Assembly: GCA_043228905.1 (NCBI GenBank)
Contig: JBHGNT010000007.1
Location: 2,728,001 to 2,792,000 of the forward strand
Source of the DNA: Azolla caroliniana
Lineage: Eukaryota > Plantae > Polypodiophyta
DNA length: 64,000 nucleotides
Reading direction: 5' to 3'
The position numbers and the translations under genes are program-made. Shown one piece after another: positions 1-13,247 of the stretch. Within the stretch, counting starts at the first letter, position 1. Every line of letters begins with the position of its first letter. The notes beneath the pieces are model-generated. The model saw only the letters and a list, made by a program, of their open reading frames with translations. It was not told the DNA's origin and did not search any database.

Positions 1-2443
1 GAACGTGCTCAACAATCGGCTTCTACATGAACTAGTTGATCACTCCGACTGGGTAACTGAGGTCAGGTCGAGTGATTGTCAAGTATATGAGGCTTGCCGC
101 TTCTGCGTAGATCTCCGGCTCACACACTTCCGCCACTTTGGTCATGTATGTATAGTGATGCGCCATGTACTCATTGTACCCGTACCACGTAACGGGGTTC
201 TTCATGCGGGAAGACCAGCGCAACTTGTCATCACCCGGTTTGGGGCCCTTCTTGGCCGGTTCAGGCTTCGTTCCTGAAGATCTGCCTTCATCCTTTCCGG
301 AGTTGGATTATCTCTTATCCGACTTAACGTTGTCAGTTTCGTATTCTGGCATCTTCTTCTTCCCCTTCTCTTTGCGCGTGAACCGTCTCCTCGGTTCCTT
401 GCGCGGGGAGAGCACGGCAGAGTCTCCACTACTCGCCAGTTCTTCATCTGACTGGTCATCTCGACTCAGCCGCTCATTCAGTCCATTGAGCCGGAATGAG
501 ATCGGACTCTCTTCTAGAGTGTCGAAGTCTTCATCTTCTACCTGGACCTCCTCGGGCTCACTAGCCTCATCTTCTGGAATCGGGTCTTCGTCGGGAGTTG
601 GAGTCGGTAAGGAGTACCATGATACCGTCTCATCAAACTCGACATCTCGGCTTACTCGAACCTGCTTAGTCTGGGGGTTATAGCACTTATACCCCTTCTG
701 CTCATGCGAGTAGCCGACTAGGATGCATTTCTCCGACTTCAGATCTAGCTTCTTCCGCTTCTCATCCGGTACATGCACATATGCTATGCTACCAAATATC
801 CGAAGGTGTCTCAAATTCGGCTTCCGCCCGAAATACAGCTCATGTGATGACACCTTGTCTCCGATCCGGTTTTGGATGTAAACGGCCGTCCATACTGCCT
901 CAGCCTAGTAGAATTGGGGCATTCTCTTCTCCTCCAACATTGCCCTTGCCGCGTCGACAATCGACCGGTTTTTCCTTTCGGCCACACCATTTTGCTCTGG
1001 CGTGTATCTGCAGTTGAATTCTCTCCGAATTCCGTTCTGCTGCAAATAACTGTTGAATTGACCAGAAAAGTATTCTTTTCCGCCATCCGACCACAAGCAC
1101 TTGACCTTCCTCTCCGTTTCCCATTCAACTAAGCTTTGCAAGTTCCGGAAACATTCAAACACTTCGCTCTTCCGTTCGATGAGGTAGATCCACGTGTGTC
1201 GGCTTTAGTCGTCGATGAAGGAGACAAAATATCGACTCCCACCAAGACTAACGTTCTGTGTCGGTCCCCATACATCTGAATGTATTAGATCGAGCTTGTT
1301 ACGGCTCCGGTTTCGTTCGGTGGGTAATGGAAGCCGGTGTTGCTTCTCGAGTTGGTAGGCTTCACAAATTTCGGCCTTCCGACCATTGAATTTCGGCAAA
1401 CCGAAGACAACTTGTTTCGATTGCAGGTCCTGAAGCCTCCAGTAGTTGACGTGGCCAATCCGCTTGTGACACAGGTCGATGTCCGACTTGACCTTCTGCC
1501 CATTTGCAAACATGGCGGTGCCAACGTCATTGGTGTTGAGGATGAACATCCTCCCTTCTCTACGCCCTTGCGCAATTATCCGGCATTCTTCCTCGATGAA
1601 GCACCCTAGGTGCATAAACCGCACCTGCATCCCCTGGTCGACGATTTGTCCAACTGACACCAGGTTCTTTGTGATAGTCGGAACGTGTAGTACATTCATC
1701 AGCTTCCCCTTTTGTCTGACATGGCTTAAAGGGACTTTTATGACATGCACAATTGGGTGAGGGGTGTCGTCTCCGGTTTCGACAATCCCCGGTTGTTCCG
1801 GCTTCTCCAAAAAGGAGAACCACTCTTCATGGCTCGTCATGTGGTTGGATGCTCCGGAATCAACGTACCATACTTCCTCCGATTTGGAAGTAGTCTTCTT
1901 CATCGAGTTAGCCTTGTTCTTCATCACAAAGGCTGGTCCTTTACCGATTTTCCCGGTTCTAGATCCATCCGATCCTTCCGTGTAGTGCAAGCTTTGATGG
2001 TTCTCCCGACCGGTTTTGCCGGATCCGGATTTGTCCGAATCGGCACGTTTCTTTCAGCACTCGCTTTCCCTGTGGCCCTTTTTGCCACAGTACCAGCATT
2101 CCGTGTCTTTCCTTGCCTGTTCCCGGTGCTGCTTTGACTCCCCCTACTTGTGGAGGGTCCGGAACTGGTGTCGGCACCACCTCTGTGCCTGCGTTCTTGC
2201 TCTTGTTGGCCACCTGCATTGAGTGCCAACCCACCTCGTCCACCACATCCATGGGGCCGATTTGTCTCTATGTACAACATCCAGTCGTCCGATTGAGTGG
2301 TCCTTGACCCACTCACGTGGTATTCTTCGACCATCAACATCGATTGCAAGTCGAAGAAAGACGGTGGTTTCTCCTGAGTGCAGATCGTTGTCCGGATTGG
2401 CCCATACCTTTGTGCTAGACCACCGACGCAGATTTGTACCATC

Positions 2444-3111
2444 TGTTGAAAACCGCACTCGGCCACAACCGAGTAATAGGATCAAATCACAGAAAACAGG
2501 GAATACGAAATGCTCCAAGACAATAGAGAGAAGAGTACACAGTATGTTTTACGTGGAAAACCCTAAACGGGAAAAACCACGGGAGTGCACAACTCCAACT
2601 ATCACTATACACTGGAATATACAATGGCGAGCTGCAAGGCGACGACCTTGAGCTCGCTGTCTTCGCCACAGGCGGCGGTATTACACAGAGGCGTCGACCT
2701 CTTCGTTTCTCTCTCTCTCTCTCTCGGCTGCCCTCACTTCGCTTCCTCTCAGTGAAAACAGAAAATGAGCAACAACTTACAGCAACAATAAACAGTTTGC
2801 CCTAAGTCATATTTATACACATATGACTTTCAGGCTATTTACAAATATAGCCACAAGGGCCCTTGGCAAACATATTCACAAATATGTCCCCGCATCCGGA
2901 TCTCTCTCCGGGTACATACATCATCCGGCTCCGTAGCCGGGTATACATCATCCGGCTCCGTAGCCGGGTCTTCATCATCCGGCTCCGTAACCGGGGTCTT
3001 CATCATCCGGCTCCAGAACCGGGGTCTTCATCATCCGGCTCCGTAACCGTAACCGGGCTTGCCGTCATTCATCTCCGGACATCCCATCCGGAGGGACCGT
3101 AAATCCCAACA
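2444..3111 (-). repeat. 3' LTR of element B (668 bp)
   Basis: Direct repeat of 7227-7922; contains (TC)9 and a ~27-28-bp CATCATCCGGCTCC tandem array. Confidence 0.97.
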
Positions 3112-3121
3112 AACTCCCCCT

Positions 3122-6100
3122 TCACTTCGGCATGGGATGTCTCTCCAATCCGATCCTCTTCCGCCATGCTTCCAGCTTGTCGGGTGTAAGGACCTTAGTC
3201 AGCATATCCGACCCGTTCTCGTCCGTGTGGATCTTCGTCAGCACGAACTCCTTGTCTTCTATCCTTTCCCGGATCTAGTGATATCTTCGCTGGATGTGCT
3301 TCGTCCGGGAGTGATAGGCCGCGTTCTTCGCAAGGTGGATGGCACTCTGACTGTCGCAGTAGAGTCGGTACTCCTCCTGTCGGATACCGAGCTCTCTAAT
3401 GAAGTCCTTCATCCATATTATTTCCTTGCCGGCTTCAACAGCCGCCATGTACTCCGCCTCCGTGGTTGACAACGCAACCGTCTTCTGCAGCCTCGACTGC
3501 CAGGAAACAGCTCCCCCTGCATACGTCATCACATACCCTGATGTGGACCGGCTGGTATCTGCATCAGCCGACATATCCGAATCGGTAAATCCATCGAGTT
3601 CGGGCTTACCGGAGCCGAATCGGAGGCACATGTTTGCCGTGCCCTTCAGGTATCGGAGTATCCATTTGACCGCGTTCCAATGCTCTTTGCCGGGATTGCT
3701 CATGTACCGGCTCACCACTCCGACTGCATATCCTATGTCCGGTCGGGTACACACCATCGCGTACATCAAGCTCCCGACGGCAGAGGCATATGGTACTTTC
3801 ATCATGTCCTCCTTATCAGCCTTTGTCTTGGGGCTTTGCTTGCTGGACAGCTTGCAGTTTGCCGGGAGTGTTGACCCCACCGGTCTTGCTTCCGACATGT
3901 TGAACCGGTGAAGCACCTTTGTCACGTACTTCTCCTGTGTCAACCACAACTGCTTCTTCTTCCGGTCCCGGATGATATGCATCCCTAGTATTTGCCTCGC
4001 CGGACCCAGGTCCTTCATTGAGAAGGTTCGGTGAAGTGCTTTCTTTAGCATCCGTATCTTGCCCTGGTCCCGTCCGACGATCAACATGTCGTCCACGTAC
4101 AGGAGGAGCATTAGAAAGTCTCCTCCTTCGAACTTCTTCACAAACACGCAGTGATCGGTCTGCGTTTTGTGGTACCCTTCGTCTGTCATGAAGGAGTCGA
4201 ACTTCCGGTACCATTGCCGGGGAGCCTGCTTCAGACCGTAGAGGCTCTTCTTCAACCGGCATACCAGGTGCTCCTTTCCTTTCTTCTCGAATCCTTCCGG
4301 TTGCTGCATGTAGATCTCTTCTTCGAGGTCACCGTGAAGGAATGCCGTCTTCACGTCCATCTGTTCTACCTCGAGGTCCATGCTTGCCGCTATGCTCAGC
4401 ACCGTCCGGATGGAGGTCATCTTCACTACCGGGGCAAATATCTCGTCGAAGTCGACGCCCTTCTTCTGCTGGAACCCCTTCACCACGATCCTGGCTTTGT
4501 ATCTCGGGGGGTTTTCGGCATCTCCCGGTTTCAGCTTGAACACCCACTTGTTACGGAGTGCCCGTTTTCCTTTCGGCAACTCCACAAGTTCATATGTGTG
4601 GTTCTCATGCAGGGAATCCATCTCCTCCTGCATGGCACTTAACCACCTGCGGCTATGGGTGTCATGCTTTGCTTCTTCAAAGCTCTCCGGCTCCCCCTCG
4701 TCGGTTAGCAGCACGTGCTCTGGTTCTGGAAATCTCCGGGGGGCCCTTCTCTCTCTTAGAGGATATCTCCGTTCCGGAGCTTCGGTAACCGGTTCTTCCG
4801 ATTCTTCTTCATCCGAATCCATTTCGGGATCGGGGCCGGTTCCGGTATCATTTTCATCTTCTTCGGCCGGTTCTGTTTCTTCACCGTCTTCGGCCGGATC
4901 CTCGAGTGCTAACCGGTCTCTTGCCGGTCGGGACTGCTCCTTGTAGAGTTGATCCTCACCGGTCGACTTGGAGCTCTTCATCTTCTTCTCCGACTCCCAG
5001 TCGGTGAGTGTCTTGTCCTCCATGAAGATGATATCTCGACTCCTGAATATCTTCTAGTCGACTGGGTCCCATACTCGGTAGCCGAACTCGTCGTTGCCGT
5101 AACCGAGGAATATGCATGGCCGGGTCTTTGGATCTAGCTTTCCTCTCCGGTTCTTTGCCACATGCACATATGCGAGACACCCGAACACCTTCAGATGCCG
5201 GTAGGATACTTCCCTACCGGTCCACACTCTCTGCGGCGTGTCTCCATCCAAAGGTACTGAGGGTGATCTGTTTATCACGTATGTCGCCGTCGACATTGCC
5301 TCAGCCCAAAACCCCTTGGGTAATTTCGCATGCGCCAGCATACTCCGGACCCTCTCCATTATGGTCCGGTTCATCCTCTCGGCTAGCCCGTTCAGTTCCG
5401 GCGTCTTCGGCACAGTAAACTCGAGCCGGATTCCCTTCGAGCGACAGTACTCCTCGAACTGCCCCCGGTATTCCCCTCCGTTATCCGCTCGTATCGCTTT
5501 CAGCTTCTTGCCGGATTCCCTTTCCACTCTCGCGTGGAGTTCTTTGAAGACGGACAATACTTGGTCCTTTGTCTTCAACGGTGCCGTCCACAGCTTCCGG
5601 CTGTGATCATCTATGAATGTTACGAAGTACTGGGCTCCGCCATGTGACTTCGTTTCTACTTGACACACGTCAGTATGCACCAGCTCCAATGGTGCACTAC
5701 GTCTCGTTGGTGGCCTTGAGTGGAAGGAGGTCCGGTTTTGTTTACCGGCCAGGCAGTCGGTGCACTTCTCCAGGTGCACATGCTTCACTGGAATAAGGTT
5801 GTCTTCTGCAAGCCTCTTCATCCCCTTCTCACTCATGTGGCACAGCCTCTTGTGCCACAGCTCACCGGCAGTGTCGGCTGCCACGTTCAGCTCCTCCGGA
5901 CATAGCCGGGAATTCATCAGGTACAGTGTGTTGACCTTCCGGGCCCGAGCCACTATCAAGCTCCCCTTGCTGAACTTCATTACGCCGTTCCGGATGCTAC
6001 CTGTGTAGCCTTCATCGTCTAGCCTCCCGGCCGAAATCAGGTTCAATCGAACCTCCGGAACGTGTCGGACATCCTTCAGCAGCATTTTGCATCCGGTTGA

Positions 6101-7195
6101 TGTCATCAACCACACGTCTCCTATGCCGGCAATCCGGCACGTACCTTCATTTCCCATCCGGACACAGCCATGCTCACCGGCTGTGTATGATGAGAAGTAT
6201 CTTCTCTCCGGGGTCAGGTGGAACGACGCTCCGGAATCGACCACCCAGGTCATCTCTTCACCAGCAAGGTTAAGCTCCCTCTCTTCGGTAATGAGCATTA
6301 TTTCTTCTTCACTTGCCGCGAGTGCCGTCGTTCCTTTCCGGTCCTGCCCTCGCCGATCCGGACCTCTCCGGTCCGTGGCTCCCCGGTATGCACCGTTTCT
6401 CTCCGGCGACTTCTTCGAATCGGTGTCGTCGGCTCCATTGTCTTTTCGGTAATGCCGACAATTCTTCCGGAAGTGCCCCGGCTTCCCACAGTGGAAGCAT
6501 GTAGGCCTTCCTCTTGACTGCGACCGGGTCCCCGACTTCTCCCGTCTTTGAGGACTCCGGTTCCATTGTCTTCCCCGATCCGATTCGGTAAGCAGCGCCT
6601 TCGAGTCGGAGGCCGGTTCTTTATCTCTCCGACGCGCTTCTTCGTTCAAAATACTTGTCTTTACCGTTTGCAAGGACAAGTTATCTTCTGTGCAGGAGGT
6701 GCTGAGAGTCACCACCAAGTTCTCCCAGCTTTCCGGCAACGTACACATCAGAATGATGGCTTGCATTGCATCCTCCAACGGGAACTTGATCGCCGCAAGC
6801 TGGTTCACGAATCCCATGAACGTGCTTACGTGTTCCACCATACTCTCGCCGTCCCGGTACTTGAGATTCACTATCTTCCTCATCAGGGAGGTCCGGTTCA
6901 ACGCATTCTTCCTCTCGTAGAGGCCCGACAGCTTCTTCCACATCTCATATGCGTTGGTGTCGTTCGCCACATGTTGTAGGACGCTTACATCGACATATTG
7001 TCGGATCGTCGCTACGGCTTTCCGGTTCAGAAGCCTCCATTCCGTCTCAAGTACCCCCTTGGGTATTTCCGACCTGTCGATCGGTTCATACAGGTCCCGA
7101 ACAATGAGCAGGTCCTCCATCTTTATCTTCCAGTCGGCGTAGTTCTGCGCATTCAGCACCATCATCCCCGGCTGCCCGCTGCCGCCGCCTTCCAT
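3122..7195 (-). pseudogene. gag-pol polyprotein of element B with two in-frame TAG stops
   Basis: One frame from ATG 7195 to TGA 3122. Contains gag, CCHC knuckle CFHCGKPGHFRKNC, protease VDSGAS, integrase HHCC/DDE, RT YVDD and RNase H. Interrupted by TAG at 5054-5056 and 3275-3277 (RYH*IRE, normally W). Confidence 0.93.
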
Positions 7196-7226
7196 TTTCT
7201 GTGTTACCGTCGCTCTGATACCAGTT

Positions 7227-7922
7227 TGTTGAAAACCGCACTCGGCCACAACCGAGTAATAGGATCAAATCACAGAAAACAGGGAATACGAAATGCTCCA
7301 AGACAATAGAGAGAAGAGTACACAGTATGTTTTACGTGGAAAACCCTAAACGGGAAAAACCACGGGAGTGCACAACTCCAACTATCACTATACACTGGAA
7401 TATACAATGGCGAGCTGCAAGGCGACGACCTTGAGCTCGCTGTCTTCGCCACAGGCGGCGGTATTACACAGAGGCGTCGACCTCTTCGTTTCTCTCTCTC
7501 TCTCTCTCGGCTGCCCTCACTTCGCTTCCTCTCAGTGAAAACAGAAAATGAGCAACAACTTACAGCAACAATAAACAGTTTGCCCTAAGTCATATTTATA
7601 CACATATGACTTTCAGGCTATTTACAAATATAGCCACAAGGGCCCTTGGCAAACATATTCACAAATATGTCCCCGCATCCGGATCTCTCTCCGGGTACAT
7701 ACATCATCCGGCTCCGTAGCCGGGTATACATCATCCGGCTCCGTAGCCGGGTCTTCATCATCCGGCTCCGTAACCGGGGTCTTCATCATCCGGCTCCAGA
7801 ACCGGGGTCTTCATCATCCGGCTCCGCAGCCGAGGTCTTCATCATCCGGCTCCGTAACCGTAACCGGGCTTGCCGTCATTCATCTCCGGACATCCCATCC
7901 GGAGGGACCGTAAATCCCAACA
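7227..7922 (-). repeat. 5' LTR of element B (696 bp)
   Basis: By eye identical to the 3' LTR except one extra 28-bp array unit at ~7826-7853. Confidence 0.97.
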
Positions 7923-8461
7923 CCATCTCATCTTCGTCCACCGTCACGTTGATGGACTCGAGTGCATCGCAAATCTCCCTTATCTTGGTGGTGTAATCCG
8001 TAACCGACATGTCTCTTTGTCAGATGTTGTTCAGCTCTTGCCGAAGCTACAACTTACAGGTTGTGGTATTCACGGCGAAAATCTTCCTCAGATTTCCCTA
8101 GGTCTCCTCCGGCGTCTTTGCATCCTTGATGTAGCCGAGCATCTAATTGTGCACACAGGACGCGAGGCAGTACAATACTCGGCTTGCTCCTTCCTTCCAT
8201 ACCGGGAAGTCACTGTGTGTCGACTCCGGTGCTACCTCGTTCGTTCCTTCCACGAAGCTCCAATATCCATGCCCTAGCAGGTACTGGTGCATCTTGTATG
8301 ACTAGGACGCGTAGTTGCTCCGGTCGAGCTTTTCTGTTGGAAGTGAACTCGCCATTCCTCTGTCCATATCTTCTCTTTGTCTGTTGTTACCGGGTTCTAG
8401 GGTTCGTCTACGAAAGCAAGTGTCAGTTGCATAGGTTCTCAACCCTCGCGCTCTGATACCA

Positions 8462-8906
8462 TGTAAATGTTATCGTGCAGAAGCATTAGACAAACCGACT
8501 TAGCCAGATAGCAACAAAGAATAAGTTGAAGGTTTAGTGGAGAAGCTTAATACACGGGAGAGACAGAGAGAGCAGAACGTAAACGTAGATTCAAAAATGA
8601 CTCTAAAACTCTGTACATACAACGTGCTAAACAGCACTATTTATACAAGCCCATAAAGGACTAACAAAAGTACTGACAAGTACTTCAATATTCCTACGTG
8701 CGACTGACACTAACTACGAGACAATGATTACCTAGTAGTCTAGGCTACTACTAAGCTTCCGGTTCTCGCTTGAATACGGCTCTCCAATCCGTCTCCCCGA
8801 TCCAGTCGATTGTTTCCGGATACCGATCCGGCCCATCCTTCCGAATGCCGATCCAGCTCAGGCTTATTCAACCGATCCGGATCCAGTTGAGCTTGCTCGC
8901 TCAACA
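8462..8906 (-). repeat. 5' LTR of copia element A
   Basis: Starts TGTAAA next to the PBS and ends AGTTGAGCTTGCTCGCTCAACA, resembling the end of the element D LTR (AGTTGAGCTTGATTCTCAACA). Confidence 0.8.
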
Positions 8907-11104
8907 CACCTTCTCAGCCTTTGGAAGCTACTCATAATGATGCAAATCATTCCATTTCTGATGCAGATCATTCTATTTCTGATGCAGACTTACATGATAC
9001 ACTTATTAATGAGAGGGTTGATATAGAGGAGGCAAAGGTTGTGCCTTGATGGCTGTTGTAGACTTTGCAACACGGTCAATTGGATTTTCCTTTATCATAC
9101 CGTACTCATTCAAATTATCATAGTGAGCCTGTTTCTTTTTATGAAGCACAAAATTCAGAAAATTGGATGGCTGCTATGCAATCAGAATATGATGCTATTA
9201 TGAAGACTGGTACATGGTATTTATGTGACTTGCCTCCTGGCAAGAAGGCTATTGGCACTAAGTGGGTATATAAGCTAAAGAGTAAACCTGATGGAACAAT
9301 TGATAGGTATAAGGCTAGGCTTGTTGCGAAATGTTATGCCCAAGAAAAAGGCATTGATTTTGAGGAGACCTTTGCTCCCACCGGTTGTATGACTATTGTT
9401 CGTAGCATCTGTGCAATTGCAACTCATCGTGATTGGAATGTACATCAGTTGGACATTAAAACAACATTTTAAAATGGTGATCTTCATGAGGAAGTGTATG
9501 TATCCCAGCCCCGTGGTTTTGTGCAAAAAGGGCATGAACACAAAGTGTGCAGGTTGCAAAAGGCATTATATGGCTTGAAGCAAGCACCATGTTCTTGGTA
9601 TGAAAAGATACATGCCTATTTGATTGCATTTGGGTTTGAGAATAGTCCAACTGAAAGCACCTTATATGTTAAGTGTATTGATGATGTATTTCTGATCATG
9701 GTTGTGTATGTCGATGATATGTTGCTCACTGGTCCCAATGAGAAGCATATTGCTGACTTTAAGGCTGATTTGCATGCCTCCTTTGAGATGTCAGATTTGG
9801 GGCATTTACATCATTATTTGGGCATTCAATTCATGCAAGTTGATGGTGGAATAGCTTTGTGTCAATCGAAATACATCGACACATTATTACAACATTTTAG
9901 CCTTGAAGATTGTAAACCTATTGCCACTCCCATGGAGACAGGTTTATGTTTGAGCCTTCATGATGCTGGAGATGCATTTGATGTTGTTCTCTATCAGCGG
10001 GCAATTGGATACTTGATTTACTTATGCATAACTCGACCTGACATTCAAATTGTTGTCTCTCATATGAGTAAATTTATGCATTGCCCAAGAGTTAAGCATT
10101 GGCAGCCTGCAGTTAAGCACATCTTTTGCTACTTGAGTGGTACCCGATCACTTGGGTTGTTTTGTCCCAAGGGGGGATCACTACCACCAGACCTGCATGT
10201 TGTTTTTACTCTGATTGGGCTGGTTGTTATGACACTCGTGTGTCCACAAGTGGTTTTTGCTTCATGCTTGGTAGCTCATGCATATTTTGGTTGAGCACGA
10301 AGCAGCCTACTGTGGCCACTTCTAGTTATGAGGTTGAGTATAGGGCAGCTTTCACAACTACAGTTGAGTGTGTGTGGCTCAGACGTCTTTTAGCTTATTT
10401 GGGTGTTGGTCAGTCTTCTGCCACCACCATCTTCACTGACAGTCAAAGTGCAATGGCAATTGCGAGGAACCTTGTGTTCCATGGTTGCACTAAGCACATT
10501 GAGGTGTATTATCATTATGCCAGGGAAAGGTTCTCCGTTGGAGAGATCAATTTGGCTTATGTGCCCACGTAGGAGAACATTGCAGACCTCTTCCAAAGGA
10601 GAAGTTTGAAGCTTTCCACAAAGCTTTAGGCCTAATCCCATTTGTGGATTCAGCTCTATCCACATAGTTTGGCACTTGCTTAACCATGAGTGGCAGCTCC
10701 TTGTTCACCGCATCACTCCCAAGGGGGGTTTGTTGACATATTTTGGATAGTGATGTGTGTGAACACATTTAGGATAGTAATGTGTGAACACACTTAGGAC
10801 AATGATGTGCGTGAACACACTTAGGACTATAGGGGCATTTTTTCCATCTTTAGGAGGTTTTTTCCCCCTATCTAAAAATACTCTTACAACCCTAAAGTGG
10901 TGTAAGTTTTTGGGGATTCAAAATAAGAACCCAACATGGTCACAGTTTTCCAATTTTGGACAGATCGCACCTGCTTGCGAGGTTGCTGGAAGGGACTAAC
11001 TAATATCAATCTTCTATTATGTATTGTCATTGTCTCATGAACATCATGTATTGTGTTCTTTTGTACCGATGTTAATATCACTTGTGGGTGCATTATGTAC
11101 AACA
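8907..11104 (+). mobile_element. Old Ty1/copia element C: RT/RNase H remnant, PPT and 3' LTR
   Basis: Broken ORFs with KWVYKLK, YKARLVAK, LYGLKQAP, YVDD, TRPDI, SDWAG, TKHIEV. PPT AAGGGGGG at 10721-10728. Probable LTR 10731-11104 (TGTTG...CAACA). Visibly CpG-depleted. Confidence 0.85.
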
Positions 11105-13247
11105 TGTACTTAACAATGCTTTGCATGTAACTAGAGCCTCGATGTAAAAAGGAAGGCTACTTGAATTACTATAAGTTATTGTTGCTTACACCAATTAAAC
11201 CATAAACATTCATAAGCAAAGATTCAAGACAAACACAAAAAGAAAGTATCTAAATTATATTTTGTTAAATCCATATCTGATTATAAATAATCTTACTCTT
11301 TGTTCATGATAGAGATGTGTGCGCTTTGGACAACTTTTTATATGGTGCATGGCGGGTCACTATCATGTTGTTCAATTTTAAATACTTGTTCATTGGTCAC
11401 CTAATTAACAATCATTGCCATCCTAAATTTGTCCCACAGTCTCCTAAAGTATGTTTACTTTTCCTATTTTATATATCATGGGCGTTCTTTCCCTTTCATA
11501 TCCATTGACCAACAAGAAATACAAGCTTTTACAAAGTATTGTCCACAGGGCTAATGGAGGAAAACTATGGATCCTAACGCTAACAAAAAAACATACTCTA
11601 GTATGTAATTTTAATTGGCTATTGAGTGTTAGGTATATGAGTGAACTTAGCCATTTCCCATATGAGACCAACTTATGCCCAACACTCTAGAAACCATACA
11701 AAACAAATACCCAACATTGTGTACGAAGGGCTTTTCCTCTTATGTTTTTTGTGTTATCATGAACAACCTCTCTAATGTTGGCATATATTAGACACACCAA
11801 GGCCACATGTCCTTCATTCTAAGTGGGAGGAGAATGCATAAGGAACATGTCATTTTCTCATCCTCAGTATTTTTGCATGTCAAATTCTATATTTAGTAAG
11901 AGACATGTTCACAATTTAATGTGACAATAACACTTCACCCCTCTTAAATGGGTGTTTAAATGTGAGTTTTGGTCTCCACTTCCATTGCTTGTTGCATATA
12001 ATTCCATGTTAAAGGAATTCCACCCGCACATGTAATGGCATGCTCATGGTAATGGATGATTGTATCAACTTTATTAATGGTGATAATCAACATTTTGGTC
12101 ATTGGCTAAAATATAATACTATAATAAGATTCTAAAGAATCAAATTTTGGTTTATGTATGCGTTGCCCAACTGCTCCATTTATTATCTTGTCTCCAATTT
12201 TTTGGTTTATATGTATACATAAGACAAAGAAAGTAGGTGAAAGTGACCAACCTTATTATACACCCATGTTTCTCATGAAATCCATGGCAAAACCCTTGTT
12301 GATTTCGACCCAACATCTCACATTGATTTGGTTAGGAGTGGAAAATCGAGGCACTCTATTTTAGTCTATACTTTGTTTCTTTGCATAATGTCAATGACCC
12401 GTTTTAGACATCTATGATGCAATGATACAATAGTTAAGACACAATTTTTGTTTATTATCCACTCCTCATATGTTGTTTAATTTCTTCAAGCACTATATGA
12501 GCTTTTACTTACTCATTCATAGAGTAGGACAATGTCTTGGTGACGAAAGCACTACAACAAAAAATTACAGAGAGATTGAGATGGATGGCTTTTTTCATTC
12601 CAGAATCTCAGGTTTTATACACACATATTTTATTGTCAAGTATGACCTATAAGCTCAACAATATGATGTTTTCATGTACTATATGTTAAAATAGCAACAA
12701 TTGATGTTCAAGAACTTTAGTGATGAGCGTAGCAAATGAGAGTGCACATTGTGACTATGAGAGTATGAGATATATGTGCCAGCGTTGGGTTGGGTCGAAC
12801 ATCAACTGAAAGCATAAAATATGATCAGAAAGAGGGAGAGAGAGATCTCTGCCCAATTATGGGTTATTTGGCATTGACTATAGAGCGTGGCATTGATGCA
12901 AGGTCCTTTACCTAATCAAATCGAAGGGCAAGCATGAGTTGGTTGGCATTTACGAGGCCTGACTCTGTTCTTTTTACGATGGACCGCAAATTGCTTGCAC
13001 CATTGTTCCATTCAGTTTCTTTGATGACCGAAGTGTTGACTAGTCAATTATTTATGAGGCCAGATTTCGTTGTCTTTAACACCATCGATGGCTAGCATGT
13101 GGTACCATTGCTCCATTGAGTGAGTCTCTTCGATGGCCTATCATCTAAAGGATGCATGAGAGAGAATATGGACGGTATCTCGGGAATGAACTCAAAAGTT
13201 TAGGAATTGCTCACATTTGAGTCTCTTCCGTTGGTGAGGGAATTACC

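Larger units (their letters stand above)
2444..7922 (-). mobile_element. Ty1/copia LTR retrotransposon B (Tnt1-like), full length, very recent nested insertion
   Basis: LTRs 2444-3111 and 7227-7922 (TGTTG...CAACA). Perfect 5-bp TSD CCATC at 2439-2443 and 7923-7927. PBS TGGTATCAGAGC at 7212-7223 (-). PPT GAAGGGGGAG at ~3114-3123 (-). Confidence 0.97.
1..8906 (-). mobile_element. Ty1/copia LTR retrotransposon A, decayed, interrupted by element B; 3' end lies outside the window
   Basis: 5' LTR 8462-8906 (TG...CA). tRNA-iMet PBS TGGTATCAGAGC on - strand at 8450-8461. gag start near 8355 (MASSLPTEKLDRSNYAS*), protease WYVDSGASNH, integrase HSDVWGP / SDGGKEY / PEQNGVAERKNR / GYKCY, RT tail LIYLTITRPDL near 60-95. 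Many stops and frameshifts. gag resumes on both sides of the 2444-7922 insertion. Confidence 0.92.

Noticed and set aside
2910-3060. CRISPR-like repeats (also 7690-7870 and 46594-47410)
   Set aside because: Head-to-tail tandem units with no unique spacers, no cas genes, and a eukaryotic context.
3275-5056. Programmed readthrough or RNA editing of the two TAG codons in element B
   Set aside because: The stops fall inside integrase and RNase H, not at a gag/pol or pol/env boundary, and lack a CARYYA readthrough context. Methyl-C deamination explains them.
165-8456. Many + strand ORFs antisense to the copia elements (also 49450-53421)
   Set aside because: Shadow ORFs of GC-rich retroelement coding sequence, with no recognisable motifs.
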